Of a stretch of 64,000 nt of DNA, positions 19,969-30,700 are shown piece by piece. How positions within the stretch are numbered: the stretch's first letter is position 1; every line of letters starts with the position of its first letter. A model generated the notes under the pieces. That model searched no databases and was not told where the DNA came from. It saw only the letters and a program-made list of their open reading frames with translations. The position numbers and the translations under genes were made by a program. Origin of the DNA: Spirochaetia bacterium (GTDB lineage: Bacteria > Spirochaetota > Spirochaetia > SP-2023); NCBI GenBank assembly GCA_965225855.1, contig CBDDCK010000005.1:544001-608000 (forward strand). The letters are read 5' to 3'.

Positions 19969-21441
19969 ATGTTACATTTAGAACGATTAAATTTTCGCTA
20001 TAATGGCATGCAACAACAATGCCTTTGTGATATTTCTTTAGAATTAAATGAAGGCCAATTTATCTTATTATGTGGTTGCAGTGGCTGTGGCAAAACGACT
20101 CTGACACGCTGCATCAATGGTTTAATTCCACGATTTTTTGAGGGCAAATTTAGCGGAAATATCCAGCTAGGCCAGCAAAGTTGCCATACTCTGGATATAC
20201 ACCATATTGCCCAAAAAGTCGCCAGCGTGTTTCAAGACCCACGCAGCCAATTTTTTACTACAGATGTAAGTTCCGAACTAACGTTTGGGCCAGAAAATTA
20301 TGGTATTCCAAGGGAACACATAAAACGCCGTATGGACGAAATTTCTGAACTTTTAGATATAGGGCATTTGCTGGGGCGCAGTTTGTTCTCTCTATCTAGC
20401 GGAGAGAAACAAAAGGTCGCTATTGCCTCTGCCTTAATTATGCAACCTTCCATTGTAATTCTCGATGAACCTTCGGCCAATTTAGACCCAGCGGCAATTC
20501 AAGAATTACAACAAGTGCTTGCTATTTTGAAGCAACAAAACTATACGGTAATTATTTCAGAGCATCGTTTTTTCTTTTTGAATAATTTAGTCGATCGAGT
20601 TTTATATTTTAAAGATGGCAAAATTCAGGAAAAATTTAGCAGAGAAATGTTTTGGGAATTTAGCGATACACAAGCCGAGCAGTATGGGTTGCGTTGCCCA
20701 AATTTTAAGGCATCTTTGCCAAGTGCCCCACCAAATATTGGCAATATTGGCGAAAGTTCTGCCCAAAATCAGTCTCTCAACAATGAGATAACAAAAAAGA
20801 CGGCACCAGCTTTGCAGTTAGAAAATCTATGTTATTCTTACAGTAAGAATGTTGTATTTAAAGGATTTTCTTGTATTTGCAATTTAGGGGAAATCGTTGC
20901 CCTTACTGGTAATAATGGGGTAGGCAAAACTACGTTGTTGCGAATTGTGGCAGGATTGGCTAAGGCAAATGCAAGCACCATAATTAAAATTAAAGGGCAA
21001 CGACAAAAGCCCAAACAACGAAAGTCTAATTGTACTTTTGTGATGCAAGATGCAGATTACCAGCTTTTTACGGAAAGTGTTTTCCAAGAGCTATACTTGG
21101 GCAACGAAAAACAAAAAGGCATTAAAGAAAAGGTCGAGCAAGCTCTCAAATATTTTAGCCTGTGGGAATTGCGCAATCGGCACCCAAGTTCTTTATCTGG
21201 TGGAGAAAAGCAAAGGCTGGTGATAGCTTTATCTATGGTGAATAATACCGACTTAATTTTAATGGACGAACCTACTAGTGGTTTAGACCGTGTCAATATG
21301 GAGCGTGTAGCAGCCTTACTACAAAAGCTAGCCTCCCTAAATAAAACAATTATTGTTGCCACTCATGATTACGAATTTATAGAAAAATGTTGTAACAGAA
21401 CTATATCTCTACCAGTGTTAAATCTGCCTTCCGCTAGTTAA
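19969..21441 (+). CDS. ECF/ABC transporter ATP-binding protein with two NBDs
   Basis: GCSGCGKTT and GNNGVGKTT Walker A; LSSGEKQ and LSGGEKQ signatures; VFQDPRSQFF. Confidence 0.92.
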   Translation: MLHLERLNFRYNGMQQQCLCDISLELNEGQFILLCGCSGCGKTTLTRCINGLIPRFFEGKFSGNIQLGQQSCHTLDIHHIAQKVASVFQDPRSQFFTTDVSSELTFGPENYGIPREHIKRRMDEISELLDIGHLLGRSLFSLSSGEKQKVAIASALIMQPSIVILDEPSANLDPAAIQELQQVLAILKQQNYTVIISEHRFFFLNNLVDRVLYFKDGKIQEKFSREMFWEFSDTQAEQYGLRCPNFKASLPSAPPNIGNIGESSAQNQSLNNEITKKTAPALQLENLCYSYSKNVVFKGFSCICNLGEIVALTGNNGVGKTTLLRIVAGLAKANASTIIKIKGQRQKPKQRKSNCTFVMQDADYQLFTESVFQELYLGNEKQKGIKEKVEQALKYFSLWELRNRHPSSLSGGEKQRLVIALSMVNNTDLILMDEPTSGLDRVNMERVAALLQKLASLNKTIIVATHDYEFIEKCCNRTISLPVLNLPSAS

Positions 21442-21508
21442 AAACTGTAAATATGTATTTCTATTCAAACATATAAGACTTTGTCAAATAAATCTGAGGA
21501 ATGAAGAT

Positions 21509-22288
21509 ATGGGTTTGAGCGATTTAAAACGGCTACTGCAGAATAAAAGCAAAATTGTGTTACAGAGCAAACAAAATCCTTTGGAAGATTATTGGATTTT
21601 TGATTTTTCGATAGAAAAAAATATACCGCCCAATCATAAAAAGATAACACAAGATATAACTTGGCTGCCAGGCGATTATTGCTTAATTAGTTTTGCCGAC
21701 AAACGAGTTACTAAAGGAATGAAGCATCGCTATATGAGTATTGTTTCTACACAGCAGCAGGGCTTTATACGCTTGGCGATGCGTATTGGTAGCCAGTCTA
21801 GTGCCTTTAAAAGTTGCATGGCAAATCTTGTAAAAGGTGAAACTATGGTTATGCGTGGTCCAACTGGCAGCTTCCATATTTGCGACTACCAAAACCCGAT
21901 TGTTATGCTAGCCGGAGGTATTGGTATAACGCCTATGCTGGCTATGATACGCCATCTAACAGAGGAAATCGAACAACCTGTTGTACATTCCAAAGTGCAT
22001 TTATTATATACAACAAAAGGGCAGCCTCTCTTTCGTGAAAATTTAGAAGCTTTAGCTGCGGACAATCCCAGTATTCAGCTTAGTTTTTTACAAGGAAGAA
22101 ATGCTATTCATTCTGCTTTAGCGGATTTACTGCAACAATTTTCTACTACCGCCAACTACTATATTGCTGGGCCTAAAGGTTTTTGCACAGACATTAAGCG
22201 AAAGCTCCGCCACAGCAAAATTCCCAATAAAAGAATATTTATCGATCGATTTTATGGTTGCCAGCCATTGTTTTTGAACAAAGGCTAG
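21509..22288 (+). CDS. FAD/NAD(P)H-dependent oxidoreductase (FNR-like, possible ferric-siderophore reductase)
   Basis: RYMSIVS, GPTGSF, AGGIGITPMLAM and YIAGPKGF motifs. Confidence 0.85.
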   Translation: MGLSDLKRLLQNKSKIVLQSKQNPLEDYWIFDFSIEKNIPPNHKKITQDITWLPGDYCLISFADKRVTKGMKHRYMSIVSTQQQGFIRLAMRIGSQSSAFKSCMANLVKGETMVMRGPTGSFHICDYQNPIVMLAGGIGITPMLAMIRHLTEEIEQPVVHSKVHLLYTTKGQPLFRENLEALAADNPSIQLSFLQGRNAIHSALADLLQQFSTTANYYIAGPKGFCTDIKRKLRHSKIPNKRIFIDRFYGCQPLFLNKG

Positions 22289-22319
22289 CGACAAGAGTTA
22301 CGGCGCAAGGACTAAGAAA

Positions 22320-24143
22320 ATGGCTAAAAAGAAAGAGGGTATATCTCGGTTGTTAGAAATTGCCGGAGAAAAAACAGGCTTACTTGCTTTGTCTTCGGTT
22401 CTTTCGTTTATTAGTGCGTTATTGCAGCTAGTGCCGTTTATCGCAATTTACTTTATTACTGCAGAAATTTTAAACAATGCAGCCGACCCAACTGCTATTA
22501 ATGTTGCGCACCTGAATGCTTGGGGTTGGGGCACGCTTGCTTCCCTTGTTTTATTCACCTTGATTTTTTTTGCCAGCATAATGGCATCGCATGTCGCTGC
22601 ATTTCGCATTATTTATACGCTGCGCCTGTCTTTGTGCCGCTATCTTGCGAGGCTCCCTTTGGGCTATCATACGAACAACGCTTCAGGGGTTATTCAGAAA
22701 ACGTTGCAAATGAATGTCGAAAATACGGAACAGTTTATTGCACACCAATTGCCGGACTTTATTACAGCGGCTGTTACTCCGTTGCTAATTTTTGCTGCTC
22801 TTTTTTGGCTCGATTGGCGGCTGGCCTTAGTTTGTCTTATTCCGATTGTTTTTTGTTTTGTGATTCAATTTTTGTGGTTTTTTTCTGCAAAATCAAAAGA
22901 CAATATGAAAATGTATCAAGATAAATTGGAACAAATGAATGCCGCTGGTGTTGAATATATTAGGGGTATGCCGGCAGTTAAAGTGTTTGGCCTTACGGTA
23001 GATTCATTTCTTTCGTTCCGCAACGCGATTCTCGGTTATCGGGACTGGGCTATCCGCTTTAGTATAGCCCATCGCCATAATTTTACTCTGTTTATGACCG
23101 TGCTTACTTCTTTGGGAACTTTTATTTTACCTATCAGTGGTATGATATTCAGCAAACAACCGCAAGATTTAGCCTTTGCCTTGACCTTAATACTTTTTTT
23201 GCTAATTGCTCCTGGTCTGGCACTTTCAGTTTTAAAGATAACCTATCTCGGAGGTCAAATGAGAATGATTAGTGAAGGAGTCAATCGAATAGATGCTATT
23301 TTTGACCAAAAACCAATAGCCGAACCTACAGCCACAACAGCTAAAATTCCGAGCAAAAGTAATTTGTCTTTTTATGAAGTTTCTTTTTCTTATCAAGATC
23401 ATAATGCGGCTATTCGCAATAAGGCATTGGATAACGTTAGTTTTAATGCACCAGAGGGTTGTATTACCGCTTTAGTAGGCCCGTCCGGCAGTGGCAAATC
23501 CACCATCGGCTCGCTTGCTGCACGATTTTGGGACCCAGATCAAGGGAGTATCACAATAGGAGATATAGATTTGCGAGAAATGGGTACAGATACACTGATG
23601 CAAAACCTATCTTTTGTCTTCCAAGATTCCCATTTATTTTATGATACTATTGAGGAAAATATCCGCATGGGCAATAAGAATGCAAGCCAAGAGCAATTGC
23701 TTGCTGTGGCCAAAGCGGCTTGCTGTGACGAGTTTATCAAACAATTACCCAAAGGCTATCAAACCAAAATTGGAGAGGAGGGCGTATATCTTTCGGGTGG
23801 CCAAACCCAAAGAATTTGTATCGCTAGAGCCATCTTAAAAGATGCTCCGATTTTAATTTTAGATGAAGCTACAGCTTATGCGGACCCTGAAAATGAACAA
23901 AAGATTGAGCAGGCACTCCAAGTTTTAATTCACAATAAAACCGTAATTATTATTGCTCATCGTCTTTCCACCATTCAGCATGCCGAGCAAATTATTGTGA
24001 TCAATGAAGGCAAGATAGAAGGTAGCGGGACTCATGCAGAATTGCTATCCAGAAACGGCCTTTACAGCCGAATGTGGCTAGCTCATAACCAAGCAGTCGC
24101 ATGGCAAATACATACCGGAGAACAAGATGAAACAATTTCTTAA
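22320..24143 (+). CDS. ABC transporter permease/ATP-binding subunit (YbtP/IrtA-like exporter fold)
   Basis: N-terminal TMD (FIAHQLPD, EYIRGMPAVKVFG); GPSGSGKST, LSGGQTQR and LDEATAYADPENE motifs. Confidence 0.88.
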   Translation: MAKKKEGISRLLEIAGEKTGLLALSSVLSFISALLQLVPFIAIYFITAEILNNAADPTAINVAHLNAWGWGTLASLVLFTLIFFASIMASHVAAFRIIYTLRLSLCRYLARLPLGYHTNNASGVIQKTLQMNVENTEQFIAHQLPDFITAAVTPLLIFAALFWLDWRLALVCLIPIVFCFVIQFLWFFSAKSKDNMKMYQDKLEQMNAAGVEYIRGMPAVKVFGLTVDSFLSFRNAILGYRDWAIRFSIAHRHNFTLFMTVLTSLGTFILPISGMIFSKQPQDLAFALTLILFLLIAPGLALSVLKITYLGGQMRMISEGVNRIDAIFDQKPIAEPTATTAKIPSKSNLSFYEVSFSYQDHNAAIRNKALDNVSFNAPEGCITALVGPSGSGKSTIGSLAARFWDPDQGSITIGDIDLREMGTDTLMQNLSFVFQDSHLFYDTIEENIRMGNKNASQEQLLAVAKAACCDEFIKQLPKGYQTKIGEEGVYLSGGQTQRICIARAILKDAPILILDEATAYADPENEQKIEQALQVLIHNKTVIIIAHRLSTIQHAEQIIVINEGKIEGSGTHAELLSRNGLYSRMWLAHNQAVAWQIHTGEQDETIS

Positions 24144-25890
24144 CGATATAACTTCTGGATTTCCCCAGAGACTTACACAGCCAATTATTGCCTCTTTTTT
24201 TGAAGGTTTGGCGCGCATTGTTCCGGCAATCATCACATACCAAATTTTAGAGCTCGTATATCAAGTATTTGCCCATAACACTCCGTTAAATATAAAGCAA
24301 TTGTGGTGGCTTATAGCTGTGGCCTGTGGCTGGTTGTTTGTGCAATATATTCTTTCTCTTATTGCTTATAACACAAGTTTTATTCAATGCTACATGACTT
24401 CGGCCGAGGGGCGAATATCACTGGCAGAACATTTGCGCAAATTGCCCTTAGGTTTTTTTGACCGCCGCAACCCTGCCGATATTTCTAACATGATTCTTTC
24501 TGACTATGCAGAACTCGAACACGCTATATCTCATCAAGTACCTCAGTTAATTAGTGCGATATTTTTCCCGATTATGGCTTTTATTTCTTTACTTTTTATT
24601 GAATACCGCCTAGCTTTTGCTTTGTTTTTGGGTGCGCCTGTGTGTCTCTTGGTTCTTTGGCTTAGCTTCCAATTGCAACATCGTCTTTGCCAGGCACACG
24701 TTAAAGCCAAAGTAGATGCTACAAGTAGACTACAAGAATATATTTTGGGAATCAAAGATATACGGGCGCACAACCTTGCCGGAGAGCGTTTTGAACGATT
24801 AGAAAAATCTTTTGCAAAACTCAAAAAAGAATCGATCCGCTTGGAGGGAATATTAGGCTCGGTAATGATGTGTGCCATTACTCTCATTCGTTCTGGCTTG
24901 GTGTTGACTGTATTTGTTGGCACTTTTCTATTGATGGAAGGCCAGCTATCATTACCTATCTTATTGTTATTCCTTATGATAGGCAGCCGTGTTTACGACC
25001 CTATTACCGTGGTGCTAATTAATTTTACTACATTGCGTTATGCAATGCACAGTGCAGCAAGAATCAAACAAATTAGAGAAACGGCTTTACCCTCTCAAAC
25101 CATTACGAAAAAATGTACCCAGGAAGTAGCAAAAAATAATAATGATACTACCCATTATATTTCATTAGAAAATGTTTGCTTTGCTTATAATGAAGAACCC
25201 GTATTAAAAGAAGTTCGTTTCACAATCCCTCGCAATAAAATTACGGCGTTAGTGGGCCCTTCAGGAAGTGGCAAATCAACTATTTTAAAGCTGCTCGCCC
25301 GTTTTTATGAGCCACAGAATGGTGCAATATTATTAGAACAAAAAAATATTTGCGATCTAGATTGCGAAGAACTGTTAAAAAATATTTCTATGGTGTTTCA
25401 AGATGTATATTTATTTCAAGATACTGTGGCCGCCAATATTGGCCTAGGTAAAAAAAATGCAAGCCAACAAGAAATAGAAAATGCTGCCCATAAAGCTTGT
25501 TGTAATGATTTTATTGCAAAATTACCCCAAGGTTACCAAACCCAAATTGGCGAGGGTGGTTGCACTCTTTCGGGTGGTGAGAAACAAAGGCTTTCTATCG
25601 CGCGGGCTTTTTTGAAAGATGCTCCGATAATTTTGTTAGATGAAGCTACTTCTTCGCTGGATCCAGAAAATGAAAATCGAGTACAAGAAGCAATTAGCAA
25701 TTTAATCAATAATAAAACGGTTTTGATTATTGCTCATCGTCTAAAAACAATCATGCGAGCAGATAAAATTGTAGTTCTGCAAAATGGAACAGTAGTTGAA
25801 ACTGGCAAACATGAAAAATTGCTGGAAAATCAAGGGTTGTATGCAAAACTATGGAATTTACAACAAAGTTCCACCCACTGGAAAAGGTAG
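24127..25890 (+). CDS. ABC transporter permease/ATP-binding subunit (YbtQ/IrtB-like)
   Basis: RISLAEHLRKLPLGFF, GPSGSGKST, LSGGEKQRLSIAR and LDEATSSLDPENE motifs. Confidence 0.88.
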   Translation: MKQFLNDITSGFPQRLTQPIIASFFEGLARIVPAIITYQILELVYQVFAHNTPLNIKQLWWLIAVACGWLFVQYILSLIAYNTSFIQCYMTSAEGRISLAEHLRKLPLGFFDRRNPADISNMILSDYAELEHAISHQVPQLISAIFFPIMAFISLLFIEYRLAFALFLGAPVCLLVLWLSFQLQHRLCQAHVKAKVDATSRLQEYILGIKDIRAHNLAGERFERLEKSFAKLKKESIRLEGILGSVMMCAITLIRSGLVLTVFVGTFLLMEGQLSLPILLLFLMIGSRVYDPITVVLINFTTLRYAMHSAARIKQIRETALPSQTITKKCTQEVAKNNNDTTHYISLENVCFAYNEEPVLKEVRFTIPRNKITALVGPSGSGKSTILKLLARFYEPQNGAILLEQKNICDLDCEELLKNISMVFQDVYLFQDTVAANIGLGKKNASQQEIENAAHKACCNDFIAKLPQGYQTQIGEGGCTLSGGEKQRLSIARAFLKDAPIILLDEATSSLDPENENRVQEAISNLINNKTVLIIAHRLKTIMRADKIVVLQNGTVVETGKHEKLLENQGLYAKLWNLQQSSTHWKR

Positions 25891-26009
25891 TAATAGCCAA
25901 GCCGTTTACAATGGACGTAGAAAAGGGACGTAGAAAAGCGCACGGACAACACCACGCTCTAGTATATCTGGGACGGGTGTTAGTGAAGTACTCGGGCAGT
26001 CCCTGGCGT

Positions 26010-26613
26010 TTAGTTAGATTGGGCAAGACGCAGACGTGCAAACCAACAAAAACCAAAAGGCGAGTTATAGCGGTTGTGTGGGGTTTGGGCGGAAAAGTAC
26101 GCCAAACTATAAGAAGCTTTATACGAATTGCACAGCCAAGCCTCCTCTTCTACAATCAATGACAATGACCGAGCTAAAGCCCTGGCAGAAGTGGCCGGGA
26201 TAAGTTTGCGGGAAGGCAGCGAGTCGGTACAAAAAGCGAAAATTCTTGCCACCTTGATCAGTAACCCCACTACATCTAAGCCCATGTTACTGTCCCCAAA
26301 GTTGGGATTTCCCGCTGGGTACTGCCTATAAATGTAGGGAAGTTCATTGGACTACCTCGGTAATTCTGTATTGAAATTCATTTCCTTCCTTCCATGTTTC
26401 TACTTCTACGGGCAAATGCGCTACGGCCTTTGTTTTTAGCTGGTTTACTTTGTGTAATTCGCTACCCATATTCGGGTTGGCAAACCAATCGCCTAGCTGG
26501 GTTTGTATGGCTATTTCTGTTTGCTGCTGTAGCGTGGGCTTAGTGAGACTTAGCATAAGTAAACGCTTCATTAATGTAATCGTAATGTTCTTTACGTTTA
26601 GTCCCCAGAACAT
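26010..26613 (-). pseudogene. Possible degenerate phage baseplate gene remnants
   Basis: GDWFANPNMGSELHKV resembles small baseplate wedge proteins. The overlapping next start MNFPTF and, after a shift, IYRQY..NPNFGDSN..LIPATS loosely resemble a baseplate J-like N-terminus. Confidence 0.3.
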
Positions 26614-26734
26614 AGCTTCTGTATTAATAATACCTTTTTTGTATTACAAATTTAGGGTCAGCACTTGGCTTTACTTATACTTTAGGGTATATTGGGGTAA
26701 ATCGTATTTACAATCGTTATAAAGGGCCAATACA

Positions 26735-27337
26735 ATGACTGATCAAGAATTAAAAGACTTAGTAGCAAGCTTAGCCATTGCTCAAGCCAAGACCGATAAG
26801 CAGTTGACTGAAACCGATGAGCAAATTCGCACTTCCCAAGCCAAAACTGATGAGCAATTGGCCAAAACCGACCAGAAAGTCGCTGAAACTACCCAAGGGC
26901 TCAATGATTTGAAAAAGCTGTTTGGTAGTGCCCAGAACAACCAAGGGCAAATCAATGAAGAATTTATATGCAACAGTATAACAACCAACGGCAAGGTGCT
27001 CTGGGGCGTTTGTTACGATTATATAGAGCGCAATGTCAAAAGCCGTTTTGGCCAGACCCAAGGCCAGTACGACTGCGTTGCCTACAATAGTAATAGCATT
27101 GCGATTGTCGAAGTCAAGAGCAAAGCCCATATCAACGATATAGCCAAATTCCCCACGATGATAAAGACGTTCCGCATTCTGTATCCGATGTACAAAGATT
27201 TTAAGATTTATATAGGCATTGCCTCTTTGCATATCAATAATGATGTAGTGAAGGAATGCCAAGACAATGGCTATGGTATTTTGCGTTTGTCGGGCAACAC
27301 ACTGGAAGAACTGACTAGCAAGCTTATCGCTCAATAA
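26735..27337 (+). CDS. Coiled-coil plus PD-(D/E)XK-like protein (DUF3782-like), copy 1
   Basis: Heptad repeats (AQAKTDK/QLTETDE/QLAKTDQ) followed by QYDCVA..IAIVEVKSK. Confidence 0.75.
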   Translation: MTDQELKDLVASLAIAQAKTDKQLTETDEQIRTSQAKTDEQLAKTDQKVAETTQGLNDLKKLFGSAQNNQGQINEEFICNSITTNGKVLWGVCYDYIERNVKSRFGQTQGQYDCVAYNSNSIAIVEVKSKAHINDIAKFPTMIKTFRILYPMYKDFKIYIGIASLHINNDVVKECQDNGYGILRLSGNTLEELTSKLIAQ

Positions 27338-27393
27338 GGCTCTACTAGCTCAAACGGATAAAGTCCAAGCCAACGTTGAGGCTGCACTACAAT

Positions 27394-27442
27394 CGATTTT
27401 CTGCTCCCAAAGCAGACGCCTTAGCCACTAGGCTACACCCCG
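27394..27442 (-). pseudogene. Truncated tRNA-Pro(TGG), 5' two-thirds only
   Basis: Matches 31809-31857 but lacks the T-arm and the 3' acceptor strand. Confidence 0.85.
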
Positions 27443-27652
27443 CGTTTAAGCACCGAAAATATAACCAACTTTAATCTTTCCCGTTTGTATATTCATGTAG
27501 GCGCTCCTTCAAATACCCCGATACTGCTCGCCAGCTGTGTGCTGTTTCTCTATCTCGCGTATGCTTACCCAAACTTCGCACTGTTTGGGCTTTGTGCCCG
27601 CATTACCGCTTCGATAAATAAATATTATTTTAGAAAAAATTTGCAAAAGTTC

Positions 27653-27681
27653 TTGACAAATTTTGCCCCCATTCATAAATT
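27653..27681 (+). promoter_or_regulatory. Putative sigma70 promoter of lipoprotein paralog 2
   Basis: TTGACA, 17-bp spacer containing C5, TAAATT. Confidence 0.6.
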
Positions 27682-27747
27682 GATATGTGATGGCAAAGCT
27701 TTTGAATTTGCTAACTTTAATTTTCTCTTTTTTTGGAGGTATTGCTT

Positions 27748-30700
27748 ATGAATAAGCATAGATTATTTTTATGGCCTATAGTTTTGCTATTGGGCTTGGG
27801 TATGGCGTTTTCCTGCGCCCCGCCCGATGATGATGATGGACCATCGAAGCCGTCTAAACCGACTATTAGTAGGGTTATGTACGATTTTCATACGGCTGAG
27901 CTAACTTTAAATGGTAGCAACCTGCCTACCACAGATTTGCAGTTGGATAAGATTTACGTTGGTCTTAAAGGCACTGAAATTGCTTTGAAAGATAGTTCTG
28001 GAGCAAAAGCTGAACAAGTGTCTATCACAACGAGTAAGCATATCTATAAAATTACGGATCCTGCTCTTGATTCAGTTTTTGAAAAAGATGGTAAATTGAA
28101 TGAGAGTGGTACGGCCTATAACCTAAAGCTGGAAGCAAATTGGGTAATGGCTGACACAGGTTCACAGCAGGATACAATTGAAATTTCGGTTAGAAATGTT
28201 ACCGATGAACCAGGTCTTACAAAAGTGCTTATGGAAAAATCAGGTAGCGATTATGATTTAACGCTAGAGGGATATAATCTAGGTACGGAAGAATTGCAGT
28301 TGGGTAAGATTTCCGTTTCTGTAGGTACTGATGAAAGTACCTTGGATGGCAAAGTATCTAAGGTCGGTTCCCCAACAAGTAGAATGCACAGCTATAGAAT
28401 TAATGATCCTACTCTTAAAGGCTACTTTGACAAAGATGGTGGAATGGCTGCAGATAATGATCAATACGAATTGAAACTAGAGGCAAATTGGGTAACGACT
28501 ACCACAGGTGCAGCTATAGAAAGTATCCAAATTGAGGTTAGTGGCTTTAGTACTAAAGTAAACGAGGCAAGCTACAATGTTAGCACTGATATCTTAACCT
28601 TAGAGGGTGCTAACTTAGCTAGTGCGACTGCGACCCAAGAGCAAATCCGAACTATCAGGGTAGATGGCGTAGCCTTAGATTCCTATACTTCAGATGTTAC
28701 AGCCAGTGGGCCGAATAGTGATAGTATTGTAGCAGGTAGCTACCGCTTTAAAAACGATGGCACAACGCTTTGGATTAAACTTACATCTGTAGATGCAACT
28801 GAGCTTGAGGACAAGCCAGGTATGGATTCTGATGGTACAAAAGCCGGTAAGCTTGGGGTTGGCGCTGGTGCTTGGGCTGGTTTAGATACAGCTAAAGACT
28901 TAATGGTTACTGGAAACTCATCACCATCTAGCCCTACCCCTGCAATCACCAGTGCAACCTATGCTACAAATACAGGCATGTTAGTGATTACAGGTACTAA
29001 TTTACCAACAGCAGTTGCAGGCTGGGACTTCACCAAATTGAAGTTGACCGCAGGTGTTGATGAGACCGCATTAAGTGAGCACCAATCTTCAGGTGCAAAC
29101 ATAGCTACAGGTACTTTACCAAGTACAACAAGCTTAACGATTACTTTAACGGGTACTGAAAAAACCAAAGCCGATGGTATACTGGATAATAATGGTCTTC
29201 GTGCTAAGGATGGTGATAAATACAACCTTAAAGCAGAAGCAGGATTTATTAAAGCTAGTACAAGCGCAGCAGACCTAACAGGTAATGATATTAACGTTAG
29301 TGGATACCCACCACCAGCTAACCCTACAATCACCAGTGCAACCTACAATGTTGGTACAGGTGAATTAGTGATTACAGGTACTAATTTACCATCAACAGTT
29401 GCAGGCTGGGACTTCACTAAATTGAAGTTTGTCAAAGGTGATGGTACTACTGAGAGTACTGCATTAAGTGGGCACCAATCTTCAAGTGGAGACACAGCCA
29501 CAGGTTCTAATCCAAGTTTAACAGGCTTAACAATTACTTTAACGGGTACTGAAAAAACCAAAGCCGATGATGTACTGAATATAAATGGTGATAGTGATGC
29601 TATTGGTAAATACAACCTTAAAGCAGAAGCAGGATTTGTACGTGCTAGTACAAGTGTAGCAGACCTAGCAGGTAATGATATTACCGTTAGTGGAAACCCA
29701 GCTAAAGTAGCCCAGGGAAGCTACGATGTTAGCACTGATATCTTAACCTTAGAGGGTACTAACTTAGCTAGTGCGACCCAAGGACAAATCCAAACCATCA
29801 GGGTAGATGGCATAGACTTAACTTCCTATACTCCAGATGACACAGCCACTGGGCCGAATAGTGATGGTATTGCAGCAGGTCGCTACCGCATTAAAACCGA
29901 TGGCACAGCGATTTGGATTAAACTTACCAATGGAAATGCAGGTACGCTTGAGGCCAAGGGAGGTATGGATTCTGATGGTAGCAAAGCCGATAAGCTTGAT
30001 GTTAGCACTGGTACTTGGGGTGGTTTAGGTACAGCCAAAGCCTTGGTCGTTAGTGGAATCCCTACAATCACCAGTGCAACCTACGATGTTGTTACAGGCG
30101 CGTTAGTGATTGCAGGTACTAATTTACCATCAACAGTTGCAGGCTGGGACTTCACTAAATTGAAGTTTGTCAAAGGTGATGGTACTACTGATAGTACTGC
30201 ATTAAGTGGGCACCAATCTTCAAGTGGAGACACAGCCACAGGTTCTAATCCAAGTTTAACAGGCTTAACAATTACTTTAACGGGTACTGAAAAAACCAAA
30301 GCCGATGATGTACTGAATATAAATGGTGATAGTGATGCTATTGGTAAATACAACCTTAAAGCAGAAGCAGGATTTGTACGTGCTAGTACAAGTGTAGCAG
30401 ACCTAGCAGGTAATGATATTACCGTTAGTGGAAACCCAGCTAAAGTAACCCAGGGAAGCTACGATGTTAGCACTGATATCTTAACCGTAGAGGGTACTAA
30501 CTTAGCTAGTGCGACCCAAGGACAAATCCAAACCATCAGGGTAGATGGCATAGACTTAACTTCCTATACTGCCGATGACACAGCCACTGGGCCGAATGGT
30601 GATAGTATTGTAGCAGGTCGCTACCGCATTAAAACCGATGGCACAGCGATTTGGATTAAACTTACCAGTGCAAATGCAATTGATCTTGAGGACAATGCAG

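Larger units (their letters stand above)
26688..27470 (+). repeat. Direct repeat, copy 1 (~780 bp)
   Basis: Near-identical to 31076-31882 from tatattggggtaaatcg to aaaatataaccaact, apart from one 21-bp indel and a deletion that removes the tRNA 3' part. Confidence 0.93.

Noticed and set aside
26771..27334. Minus-strand ORFs opposite the DUF3782-like genes (also 31159-31701)
   Set aside because: Fully antisense to a better-supported gene; they recur only because of the duplication.
27394..27442. Second functional tRNA-Pro
   Set aside because: It lacks the T-arm and the 3' acceptor strand.
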